Source: Octopus sinensis
Lineage: Eukaryota
NCBI RefSeq assembly: GCF_006345805.1
Contig: NW_021833906.1
Span: 1-52,951, forward strand
Length of the DNA stretch: 52,951 nt
Direction of reading: 5' to 3'
A program made the translations under genes and the position numbers. The first letter of the stretch is position 1. Each line of letters starts with the position of its first letter. A model generated the notes under the pieces. That model was not told the origin of the DNA. It did no database searches and saw nothing but the letters and a program-made list of their open reading frames with translations. Shown here in pieces: positions 26,167-38,115 of the stretch.

Positions 26167-27180
26167 TCACCACGAAAAGGCTACTATCACCAGAAACATG
26201 AGCACCAGAACAGAACCAGAACAACCACTGCTGCTGCTACAGATACCACCACCACCACCACCACCACCACCACCACCACCACCACCACCCACCACCACCA
26301 CCACTACCACCATAACCACCACCACCACTACCACCATAACCACTATCATCACCACCACCACCACCACCACCACCACCACCACCACCACCACCCACCACCA
26401 CCACTACCACCATAACCACCACCACTACCACCATAACCACTATCACCACCACCACCACCACCACCACCACCACCACCACCACCACCACCACTACCACCAT
26501 AACCACCACCACTACCACCATAACCACCACCACTACCACCATAACCACTATCACCATAACCACTATCACCACCACCACCACCACCACCACCACCACTACC
26601 ACCATACCACCACCACACATAACCACTATCACCACCACCACCACCACACCACCACCACCACCACCCAACCACTATCACCACCACCACCACCACCACCACC
26701 ACCACCACCACTACCACCATAACCACCACCACTACCACCACAACCACCACCACTACCACCATAACCCTATCACCACCACCACCACCCACCACCACCACCA
26801 ACCACCACTACCACCATAACCACCACCACTACCACCATAACCACCACCACCACCACCACCACCACACCACCACCACCACCACTACCACCATAACCACCAC
26901 ACTACCACCATAACCCCCACCACTACCACCAATAACACTATCACCACCACCACCACCACCACCACCACCACTACCACCATAACCACCACCCCCACCACCA
27001 CCACCACCATAACCACTATCACCACCACCACCACCACCACCACCACCACCAAAAACCACTATCACCACCACCACAACTATCACACCACCACCACTACTAC
27101 CACCACCACCACCACAACCATTATCACCACCAACACCACCACCAAAAACCACCACCATCATCACCATCACCACCACCACC

Positions 27181-27211
<31 letters not shown>

Positions 27212-27361
27212 GCAGCAATGCTACCACTACTGTAGCTGCTGCCAATGCTGCCATGCTCATCCTCCTTCTCCTCAACATCCTCCTCCTCATCATCGTCCTC
27301 ATCAGTTCCATCTGTTTGGGAAGCAGACCTTGACAGATCTATTAAGTGCACTGATTTAGAT
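26167..27361 (-). other. Candidate terminal exon encoding an acidic then Gly/Tyr/Ser-rich low-complexity peptide (frameshifted in this assembly)
   Basis: Branch-point/pyrimidine tract CACTAAT..TTATTTTCGCTCCATTCTGCCTCCAG precedes SKSVHLIDLSRSASQTDGTDEDDDEEEDVEEKEDEHGSIGSS. GGT-rich units GGGYGGS and GDSGYG follow, ending ICSSSSGCSGSVLVLMFLVIVAFSW*. Confidence 0.3.
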
Positions 27362-28501
27362 CTGGAGGCAGAATGGAGCGAAAATAATGACAGCAATTAT
27401 TAGTGTGACAATAACAACAACAACAACAACCAGATCATGGTGAAAAGATCAGGCTGATGATGATGACGACGACGACGATGATGATGATGATGATGATGAT
27501 GATCATGATGATGATGGACTGTTATCTTCTTGTCTTTCTCCCCCCCCACCTTCTCTTCCACCTTCTTTGTTATCCTTTCTCATTAAGTTGAGGAGAAGGA
27601 GGAGGAGGAGAAGAAGAAGAAAGAAGAATTAAAAAGAAAGTGATAACGAGGGAAGAAGAAGAAGAAGAAGAAGAGAAGAAGAAGAAGAAGAAGAAGAAGA
27701 AGAGACAGCTGTATTGGATGAAACTGAGAGTGGTAATAATAAGAGTCGTGTAGTCATGGTTATGGTGGTGGTGGTGTGGTGGTGGCTGTGGTGATAGGGA
27801 GGTGATGATGATGATGATGATGACGATGATGGTAGTGATGATGATGATGATGATGATGATGAAACCAGTAGCACTGGTGGTGATAACAATAATGGTAACA
27901 ATGGCCATTATCATGATCACCACCACCACCACCACCACAACCATAATCATTATCACCTCCCCCATCATCAACATCATCATCATCACCATCATTATCACCA
28001 CCGTTGTCATCTTTGTTTTAAAACATTTATATTCATCGTATCCTTGCTAGCTTGGGTTAAATAGTTCTGGAAATTTTGACATTTCCTTGAATTATTCATA
28101 AGCCGTTTCTCCTTTTTAGAACCTCAAAATCATTTCATTATTCTAATTATTTAACAGCAAAATCAATTATCAGTGTCCGTTTCTTATTTGATATTAATAT
28201 TAACCATTTATATATTATGTCTTGTCAAAAGTTACTAACACGAAAAACTATCTGTTCTTGGCAAAGTATGATTTTGCCTTTTAGGCACCAAATACAATTA
28301 CATCAGACCCCTATTTCAGTCATTTATGAGCTGTTTGAAGCAAATTCATTGCCAACTCCTGCTTTAGCTCTCATTAGGGTCGATAAAAAAGCATTACACC
28401 TATTTGGGGAATACGGTTCTATATTTAAGAGATGAGGAATTATGTACATTATTTACATTATTTACATTTGACAGATATTTGTCCTCATCTCGCTTGTTGT
28501 T

Positions 28502-28547
28502 AACACAACGTTTCGGCTGATATATCTTCCAGCCTTCATCAGGTGTC
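28502..28547 (-). ncRNA. Minimal type I hammerhead ribozyme (Penelope-like element type)
   Basis: Minus strand: GACAC CUGAUGA A GGCUGG-AAGAUAUA-UCAGCC GAAA CG UU GUGUU. Stem I GACAC/GUGUU, 6-bp stem II, palindromic stem III AACGUU, NUH = GUU. Confidence 0.8.
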
Positions 28548-28552
28548 TTGGG

Positions 28553-28807
28553 GAAAGTCTGAACCTGGATGCTCATTCCTAAGGTATTTTTTGATGCTAT
28601 TATTATTATTGTTGTTGTTGTTGTTATTTAGGTCACTGCTTGGAATCGAACTTGAAATCTTGGGGTTAGTAGCCTGTGCTCTTAACCACTACACCAACAG
28701 GCATATGGCATAGTGGTTAAGAGCGCGGGCTACTAACCCTAAGATTCCAAGTTTGATTCCAGGCTGTGACCTGAACGATAATAATAATAATGTTAATAAT
28801 AATAATA

Positions 28808-28861
<54 letters not shown>

Positions 28862-28920
28862 GAAGAAGAAGAAGAACATTGAAAAATACCTTAGGAATGA
28901 GAACCCAGGTTCGAAATTTC
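28553..28920. mobile_element. Head-to-head inverted repeat: tRNA-like head + (AAT)n + hammerhead-bearing tail
   Basis: Arms 28553-28696 and 28706-28920. The right arm starts TGGCATAGTGGTTAAGAGCGCGGGCTACTAACCC..GTTTGATTCC (A box, anticodon-like arm, B box). Confidence 0.8.
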
Positions 28921-28924
28921 ATAA

Positions 28925-29330
28925 AAAAAACAACAACATGAGGATGTGGTACATGTAAAGTATCAGCAGACGTTTTGAGCAACGCTCTTCTTCAGCAACA
29001 AAGTAAAGTCCAATAGAAAGGAAGACGGAGGAAGAAAATCGCCAATGATTCACATGTGGTCTTCCCTCAACCTATCTTCTGTCCTACTTCCACTCTCTTT
29101 CCTTTTTCTTTTTCTCTTTTCCTTTTTGTCACCACCAACAACACCTACACCATTCAAAATATAACCATGTGTGAATCGTTGGCAATTTTCTTCCTCCGTC
29201 GTCCTTTCTATTGGACTTTCCCCTTTTGTCGAAGAAGAGCGTTTGCTCAAAACATTAAACCATCTTTCTCTCCTTCCCTGAGCATCTATTAATACTTTAC
29301 ATGTACCATGTCCTCTAGTTGTTTTTCTTG
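28925..29330. mobile_element. Fold-back element with degenerate hammerhead motifs in both arms
   Basis: Arms ~28925-29060 and ~29164-29330. Minus 28969-28995 reads CTGAAGA A GAGC-GTT-GCTC AAAA CG TC; plus 29229-29260 reads TCGAAGA A GAGC-GTTT-GCTC AAAA CA TT AAAC. Further family pieces at ~23040-23215 and ~21725-21816. Confidence 0.65.
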
Positions 29331-29574
29331 TGTTTGTCCTTCTGTTTTTGGATTTACTATATACCACATGCTCACACAGACCCCAGACTTCTGACTGACT
29401 TTGAAGTACTTAATACTTTCTACCATTGGATCACATTACCTTGTTTATTTGGAGTACGCCATTTCTGCACCACCTTGATGGTGAATCATTATACATATAT
29501 ATATATATATATGTATATATATAATTGTGTGTGTGTGTATAGAGTATTCGAAGTGGTGTACAGATATTGTATAT

Positions 29575-29757
29575 TGCGAAAAAGAAGGCAGTCAGAATTT
29601 TAGATAATTCTTTATTAGCACTTTTGTTCGTTTACGAACTCGTCAAGACAAAATAAAAATCAAATTTTGATTTTGATTTTGTCTTGACGAGTTCAATAAA
29701 TAAACAAAAGCGCTAATAAAGAATTGTCCAGAAATTCTGACTGCTTCCTTTTACGCA
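29575..29757. repeat. ~180-bp palindrome with hammerhead-like remnants
   Basis: Arms pair around 29664. They read TTGACGA GTTCG-TAAA-CGAAC AAAA GTGC TA (minus) and TTGACGA GTTC..AAC AAAA GCGC TA (plus). Confidence 0.7.
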
Positions 29758-30173
29758 CACACACTCAGACATGCACACACAAGGAAACAGAGGTACACAC
29801 ACACATATACAAACACACACACACACACACACACACACAAGCACATACATAAAACACACAAACACAGACATGCAAACACATGAATATTTAGAATACATAC
29901 ATACACATGCATACACACACACATACATACGTACATGCATGCATGCATATGCACACACACACACACTCTGACCCACACACATGCGCACAAACAAACAAAA
30001 AGGAACGCAGTGTGAGTAAAGGACAGAGTCAAGACTATTGAAAAGGTTGCAAGACGCAAAGAAAATTTTAGGAAATAAACATAAGAAATAAGTGGAAATT
30101 ATAAGGCACAAAAAGGGAATGACTCTTCCCAGACACAACAGTATATATATATGTGCATATATATATATATATA

Positions 30174-30631
30174 AATCGAAATCGAAATCGGAATCGAAAT
30201 TGAACCAATCCTATGACTGGCACCCGGGAGATGCCAGGATCCCTGGACTGGTGGTACATAAAAAGCACTATCCGAATCGTGGCCGATACCAGCGCCGCCT
30301 CGACTGGCTTCTGTGCCGGTGGCACGTAAAAAGCACCATCCGAATTGTGGCCGATGCCAGTGCCGCCCTGACTGGCCTCGTGCTGGTGGCACGTAAAATG
30401 CACCAATCTGACCATGGCCATTGCCAGCCTCGCCTGGCACCTGTGCAGGTGGCACGTAAAAAGCACCCACTACACTCATGGAGTGGTTGACGTTAGGAAG
30501 GGCATCCAGCTGTAGAAACATTGCCAGATAAGACTGGAGCCTGGTGCAGCCTTCTGGCTTCCCAGATCCCCGGTCGAACCGTCCAACCCATGCTAGCATG
30601 GAGAACGGACGTTAAATGATGATGATGATGA
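30174..30631 (+). mobile_element. RTE-type LINE 3'UTR copy
   Basis: Family blocks, several ~67-bp units and a (GAT)n tail. Confidence 0.75.
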
Positions 30632-30792
30632 TATATTAGCGAGAAGTTGAGGTTATAATAGATAATGGTGTCATTGAGACCCAAAGGTGTCAGGTAATGC
30701 TGAATAAGTGCTATAGACAGACCATAGTTAAGTTCCAGATTCGGTAATATTGCGAATAAAGGGTTCAACGTTGTTTCTATGTCAGCGTGTGT

Positions 30793-31072
30793 ATATAAGA
30801 ATTTTTTGCGTAATGAGATAAAAACCAAGGCTGTATAGATATTAGAGCATTTATAGATAGAAGGTCTTACAGCTGTTTCTAGATCCCTTCATCGAAGACG
30901 GTGTGAGATGAAAAATTAAGTCATAGTTAGTTTCTCCTCTCACACCATCTCTGATGAAGGGATATTATTAATTAATATCCTAGAAACAGCTGTAAGACCT
31001 TCTATCTATAAATGCTCTAATATCTATACAGCCTTGGTTTTTTTTATATCATTATGCAAAAAATTCATATAT
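30793..31072. mobile_element. Fold-back element with a hammerhead in each arm
   Basis: Arms 30793-30917 and 30930-31072 are near-perfect reverse complements. Confidence 0.85.
30947..30998 (+). ncRNA. Minimal type I hammerhead ribozyme
   Basis: UCU CUGAUGA A GGGAUAUUA-UUAAU-UAAUAUCCU A GAAA CAGCUG UA AGA. Palindromic stem III ACAGCUGU, NUH = GUA (cut after 30994). The opposite-arm copy at 30864-30899(-) has a mutated core and a stem II deletion. Confidence 0.75.
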
Positions 31073-31120
31073 ATATCATCATCATCATTTATATCATTAT
31101 GCAAAAAATTCATATATATA

Positions 31121-31165
<45 letters not shown>

Positions 31166-31186
31166 ATATATAATATATATATATAC

Positions 31187-31217
<31 letters not shown>

Positions 31218-31535
31218 CATACACACAATAGAATTAGATATATAGAAAGTCTTTTGTACAGTATTGTGTATTTGAAAAAAATGAATAGAAATGGTTTTTA
31301 TGATAATTTTTCCACTTTAATAATTAAATGTTTATATGTTTACAAAAGCTGATTGTGATAGGAGTTTCTATCTTTTGAAATCTGCTTTAAAGCAAGAATT
31401 TCCTATTGGAATCACCTTTTGTAAAGTTATAGACATTCAATTATTAAAGTGGAAGAATTATCTGAAAAACCATTTCTATTCATTTTTTTTCAAACACACA
31501 CATATGTATGTATGTATGTATGTATATAATAATAA

Positions 31536-31650
31536 TAAGTTACAGGGACATAAACACACCAGCATCGGTTGTCAAGCAATGTTGGGGAGTACAAACACAG
31601 ACACACAAGCATATACACACACGTATATATATACATATATATATATATAC

Positions 31651-31681
<31 letters not shown>

Positions 31682-32026
31682 AACGTATATATATATATAT
31701 ATATATATATACGATGGGCTTCTTTCAGTTTCCATCTACCAAATCCACTCACAAGGCTTTGGTTGGCCCGAGGCTATAGTAGAAGACACTTGCCCAAGGT
31801 GTCACACAGTGGGACTGAACCCAGAACCATGTGGCTGGTAAGCAAGCTACTTACCACACATACGACTGGCTTATTTCAGTTTCTATCTACCAAATACACT
31901 CACAAGGCTTTGGTCAGCCCAAGGCTATAGTAGAAGACACTTGTCCAAGGTGCCACACAGTGGGACTGAACCCAGAACCATGTGGTTGAGAAGCCGGGCT
32001 TCTTACCACGCAGCCACGCCGGTGCC
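31536..32026 (-). mobile_element. Two tandem SINE family A copies (one partial)
   Basis: 31536-31859 and 31862-32026 are reverse complements of the 9383 element. Confidence 0.8.
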
Positions 32027-32487
32027 TATTTATATATAGACATATCATTTCTTTTATTATGGTCTGAGAAGGAGAAAGAAAAAAAAAACCATACACCAGC
32101 TTCTTGCATTGTTTGTTGCTGTAATCTAAATCTGATGACACAAAAGAAAGATTAAATTAAAAATATTTCCCGTTTTGACTTGGAGTGAGTTTTAGCGAGC
32201 CTGATGATTAAAAAATAAGTTTCCAAAGACAAACAGGCAGACAGGCAGACATTTCTATTTAAGTCTAATCTAACGGAAACAAAATGGTAAAGCAGTAAAC
32301 AGATAACAGATTGTGAAAGAGAGTCAGAGATGGTAAAGCACCATGGCTGGGTAGATAAGGGGTGGGGGCCACTTGGTATAAAATGCAGATTTTTAGAAAA
32401 AAAAATTGCCATGAATGACATTAATATAATTGCTTGGAGCTAGCCTCCTGACATCATCACCATATCATCCTCCTCCTCCTCCTCCTC

Positions 32488-32718
32488 ATCATCATCGTTT
32501 AACGTCCGCTTTCCATGCTGGCATGAGTTGGACGATTTTGACTGCGGGCTGGCAAACCAGGCTCCAATCTTGATCTGGCTGTGTTTCTACAGCTGGATGC
32601 CCTTCCTAATGCCAACCACTCTGAGAGTGTAGTGGGTGATTTTTACGTGCCACCGGCACAGGGGCCAGTCAGGCGGTACTGGCAACGACCTCGCTCAAAT
32701 CTTTTACACATGCCACCA
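32488..32718 (-). mobile_element. RTE-type LINE 3'UTR copy (short)
   Basis: Family blocks and a (GAT)n tail. Confidence 0.7.
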
Positions 32719-33101
32719 GTAATGTAATAGGGTCGATGTGACTGACTTAGTCCCCTCCCAAAAGTTTGAAATCATTAATTAGCACAAAATTAATCATGAG
32801 AATTTAAGGTGTCCAGCAGAGATTGTAACATTTCATTTTCTGTTTTTTCGTGCAGAGAATAAACTAACGAATCTGCTGAAAGATCTGACGATAAAAAAGA
32901 AATAATTAAATTATTGTTGTGAGGTCAAGATAGCTTTATCTTGACAAAACAGGCTGAAGCAAAATGAATAAAAAACCTTGCCAAAGATTGGTGCTTGATA
33001 AATTGTGAACAACCCTTGCAGACACTTCATTGGTGATTCCCCTTGGCTTTAAAAAGAGTTTCTTCTTATCTCTTCTTTCACTCTGTATCTCTCTTTTATA
33101 A

Positions 33102-33519
33102 CCTATTTCTTTACTACCCACAAGGGGATAAACACAGAGAGGACAAACAAGGACAGACAAACAGATTAAGTTGATTATATTGACCCCAGCGCGTAACTGG
33201 TACTTAATTTATTGACCCCGAAAGGATGAAAGGCAAAGCCGACCTTGGCGGAATTTGAACTTACAATGTAACGGCAGATGAAATACCTATTTCTTTACTA
33301 CCCACAAGGGGCTAATCACAGAGGGGACAAACAAGGACAGACAAATGGATTAAGTTGATTAGATCGACCCCAGTGCATAACTGGTACTTAATTTATCGAC
33401 CCCGAAAGGATGAAAGGCAAAGTCGACCTCGACGGAATTTGAACTTACAACGTAACGGCAGACGAAATACCTCTAAGCATTTCACCCGGCGTGCTAACGT
33501 TTCTGCCAGCTCGCCGCCT
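33102..33519 (-). mobile_element. Tandem family B SINEs (long-tail subtype)
   Basis: Two colinear units (33102-33285, 33286-33519); same arrangement at 38480-38840. Confidence 0.8.
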
Positions 33520-34044
33520 TATCACTCTTTCATAACCAATAAAGTCTTGGGCAACCTTTGTTGTATATCTAAACCCGCCCCCAACCCAATCCTAAGTGAT
33601 TAATATTCATGAGGCAATTCCTAAATTAAGCACTGAAAGCTAACCAAAATCCCACCGTCGCTTTTAATTTTTTCCTATGCACATTGTAGTGTTCCTGAGG
33701 TCAATCCTGTGAGCTACATGGTAACATGTAACTCAGTACAACCTGTTGCATGGTTGGGTCTCACTGGCAACTAAACCGGCAACCCCACCAAGGTTGCTTG
33801 GTTAGGAGGGTGATTATTTGGACATCCTACTGAATAAAAAGCAAAACCTGTCAAAGGGCCGAGAAACTCATGTGAGTCGATGGATATGTGGTCCTATCTC
33901 CCCTTGATCGATGTTAACCCCACATATTTTTGTAATATTTTTGTGCTGTAACTTCTCCTTCAATATTATCCTCCATGACTTGGGCCCCTGTGGCCAATAA
34001 AAGAAATCATAATTATTATTTTTATTATTATTATCATTATTATT

Positions 34045-34430
34045 ATTTTTTTCTTCTTTCAAATTTGCTTCCATTTCTTGCCGAGTGTCTTCCCGACTCC
34101 TAGGGCAAAGAAACTCATAGTATACATTGGTAGGCCATTAAACTAAACTTAATAATTCATTCATTTTTTTTTTTTTAAGTTAAATTAAAATACATGAGCA
34201 GCAACAGTTCTCACATCGACAATGCTCTTCTCAATACGTGTGATGTACCAGTTAAGACAATCTTTTGCACTTCTTGCAGGGATGGTAAGCCAGGGATCAT
34301 TCTCATATAATTTTCGGTTCCCTTCTTGATCATTCCTAGTGCTCCTATGATCACTGGTATTATAACCGCCTTGAGATGCCACATTTTCTCAATTTCAATG
34401 AGTAGGTCTTTATATTTTCTGAGCTTGTCT
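34045..34430 (-). mobile_element. R4/Dong-type RLE LINE 3' fragment (second subfamily)
   Basis: DKLRKYKDLLIEIEKMWHLKAVIIPVIIGALGMIKKGTENYMRMIPGLPSLQEVQKIVLTGTSHVLRRALSM*; (ATT)n on both flanks. Confidence 0.85.
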
Positions 34431-34449
34431 TATTATTATTATTATTATT

Positions 34450-35024
34450 TATTTTTCCTTCTTTCTTCAAATTTTCTTCCATTTCTCGCCTAGTGTTTTC
34501 CGTACACCTAGGGCAGAGAAGCTCATTGCATGCATTCCCAGATTACACATGCAAATTCACAGGTAAAATATGTATTTAAAAAAATTAATAAATAAATAAA
34601 TTCATGAATGGATGTTGTTTTCACAGCGATAATGCTCTTCTCAGTACATGAGCCGTTCCAGTTAACACGATTTTTTGCACTTCCTGTAGGGATGGTAAGC
34701 CTGGTATCATTTTCAAAGAGGTTTCAGTACCTTTTTTTATCATTCCTAGAGATCCTACAATCACTGGTACTGTAGTCGCCTTCAGATGCCACATTTTTTC
34801 AATTTCTATTAGCAGGTCTTTATATTTACTAATCTTGTCAAATTCTTTCGCCGCTATATTGTGATCGCAAGGAATACTCATGTCAATTAATAAACACATC
34901 TTTTTTATCTGACCTTTTATAATAATATCCGGTTTATTAGCTTTTATAGTTTTGTCGGCATGTACGGGGAAGTCCCAGAGAATCAACACATTTTCTCCCT
35001 CAGTCATAGCTTCAGGACGGTGTT
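34450..35024 (-). mobile_element. R4/Dong-type RLE LINE 3' fragment
   Basis: ORF 34621-35007 reads ILWDFPVHADKTIKANKPDIII..LLIDMSIP..KISKYKDLLIEIEKMW..VPVIVGSLG..QKIVLTGTAHVLRRALSL*; flanked by (ATT)n. Confidence 0.92.
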
Positions 35025-35045
35025 TATTATTATTATTATTATTAA

Positions 35046-35104
<59 letters not shown>

Positions 35105-35108
35105 CATT

Positions 35109-35605
35109 GCCTTTGCACAGCTTCTAACGCTGGAGATGTACTACAGTGTCAGCTGTTCACTACCAGTGAACTAAGGTAACACCTTTTATTTCCCGAGCAC
35201 CTTCCGGAGTATTTGGGCGGTTCTAAGCAGTGCTGTTTTCTGCAAGTGCTCCACCCTTATTGCAGCCCCTATTTGTTCCATGTACTTCTCAAGATTTTTA
35301 CTCACTGTTCCCAGGACTCTGACAATTATTGGTACTACTACCACCTTATTCTTTGATCACAACTACTTAACCTCCCAAGCTAACCTGTCATATCTCTCGA
35401 CTTTTCTTTCTTCCTTATCGCATACCTTGTTGTCAGCTGGGCATGCTATATCTATGATCCAGCATAGTTTGTTTTCTTTCTCAATTAAGACTATGTCTGG
35501 CTTCCTATTCTCTATCTCATGGTTGCACTGAATCATAAAATCTCACAGGATCTTTGCATTATCATTTCCAATGAAGCCTTCGAGTTTGTGGTCATACCAA
35601 TTTTT
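35109..35605 (-). mobile_element. Second copy of the 16545-17124 RLE LINE
   Basis: Reverse complement is colinear with ~16630-17124; (ATT)n flanks. Confidence 0.9.
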
Positions 35606-35623
35606 ATTATTATTACAATTATT

Positions 35624-36147
35624 GAGTGAGAGAGCAGTGCATGCCATCAAAGTAACACTGGGGTACAAATATACTAGTATACTCATTACGACTACCGGTC
35701 AGATAAGGGTACACTAGGCACATGCATCACATGTGCGTGACATAGTGATCTCATGACCTTGCAGTTGGGGCCTAATTAGAATTTTCTTCAGGTTGAGTAG
35801 CCCAACTCTATCAAAAGGTCCCTGAATAAGGGTTGTTTAAGGATATTAAACGAAACACCCATGTTTCCAGAGGTGAATTATTCAAACCCCAAAGAATCCC
35901 TCTCAACACATGGCTATGATGCTCCCCCACTACTTCTGCTCATGATCAGAGATGCACATATCGTCAGCCACTAAGGGACATGCTCAACTGGTTAAGGTCA
36001 AACAACTGGCAAGCAAATCTGTGGTGTTGAGCAGAATATTTGCTGTAGCCCATCTTTTATACCAAGACAAAACAATGTACATGATAACACTTCCAATCAG
36101 TTAAGATCAGAAGCCATGAGAGTCACTGCCTGGTACTGCATCAGGGC

Positions 36148-36148
<1 letters not shown>
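35624..36148 (-). mobile_element. Full-length family E element
   Basis: Colinear with 36298-36852, with small deletions. Confidence 0.9.
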
Positions 36149-36186
<38 letters not shown>

Positions 36187-36187
36187 C

Positions 36188-36246
<59 letters not shown>

Positions 36247-36297
36247 CATTATTATATCATTATTATTATCATTATTATTATTATTATTATTATCATT

Positions 36298-36958
<661 letters not shown>

Positions 36959-37509
36959 TATTATTATTCATTTTGTTTATCATATACAAGTCGGTGTGAA
37001 CCCTTCAAAGCAGTTCCGCAGTGTGGCTGCAGTCCAATGACTGCGACAAGCAAAAAATAAAACATATAAGACATCAAAAAAACTTCATTTTTTTTGTTAA
37101 AAAAGTGAAAAGGGAGTGGGTCGGGTGGATGGGCGTGGGGGGAAAGTTAATTTAATTTAAAAACCTTGTTTTATTATATTTCTGCTGATTTAATCAATGC
37201 AAAACTATAACGAGAACATTTCCGAATTGCTTGAGTCGGCTAAAATAATAATATCAGTTTGTGACTGTTGTTTGTTTTGTTTTATATTTGTTTATTTAAT
37301 ACTTTGTACTTTTTCTATTGTTCTTAATTAAATGTCTATTTAGAAATGAGAAATTAGAGACTGAATGTTTGTGTTTTTTTGTTGTTTTCTTTTAACTTTT
37401 TTCTTATTTTTTTTACCTTTTGAACAAGTGGAAACAAACTAGGTTACTGGTTATAATAAAAGCTTGTATATGTAAAGTTGTTGTTGTGGTTGTTGTCATC
37501 ATCGTCATC

Positions 37510-38090
37510 CCCACCACCGCTGCTGCCACCGTCGCCTCTGCCACCACTGCTGCCGCCTCCACCACTGCTGCTGCCACCACCACTGCTGCCACTGCCACCA
37601 CTGCTGCTGCCACCACCACTGCTGCCACCACCACTGCTGCCGCTGCCACCAATGCCGCTGCCACCACTGCTGCCACCGCCACCACTGCTGCCGCCTTCAC
37701 CACTGCTGCCGCCTTCACCACTGCTGCTACCACCACCACTGCTGCTGCCACCACCACTGTTGCCACCGCCACCACTGCTGCTGCTGCCACAACTGCTGCC
37801 ACCGCCACCACTGCTGCCACCGCCACCACTGCTGCCGCCTCCACCACTGCTGCCGCTGCCACCACTGCCGCTGCCACCACTGCCGCTGCCACCACTGCTG
37901 CCGCCTTCACCACTGCTGCCGCCTTCACCACTGCTGCTACCACCACCACTGCTACCGCTGCCACCACTGCTGCTACCACTACTACTGCTGCTGCCTCCAC
38001 CACTGCTGCTGCTGCCACCACTGCTGCCGCTGCCACCACTGCTACCACCGCCACCACCGCCACTGCTGCTGTCACCACCGCCACCACCAT
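37510..38090. repeat. GC-rich compound trinucleotide minisatellite (GCC/GCT/ACC/ACT)
   Basis: Indel-free triplet array; a ~60-bp block is duplicated at a 210-bp offset (37681 and 37891). Confidence 0.9.
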
Positions 38091-38115
38091 CATCATCGTC
38101 ATTGTCGTCATTCTA

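Noticed and set aside
28706-28771. Genuine tRNA gene
   Set aside because: No proper acceptor stem or terminator; it is part of a repeat, so it is treated as a SINE-type head. The same applies to the heads at 6821, 9383 and 22041.
33695-33785. Hairpin plus GGCAACTAAACCGG resembling a retroelement 5' ribozyme
   Set aside because: Only one hairpin (GAGCTACATG/CATGTAACTC) is demonstrable; no pseudoknot pairing was found.
37112-37142. G-quadruplex motif (five G-runs)
   Set aside because: The pattern is present but isolated, with no promoter or other functional context.
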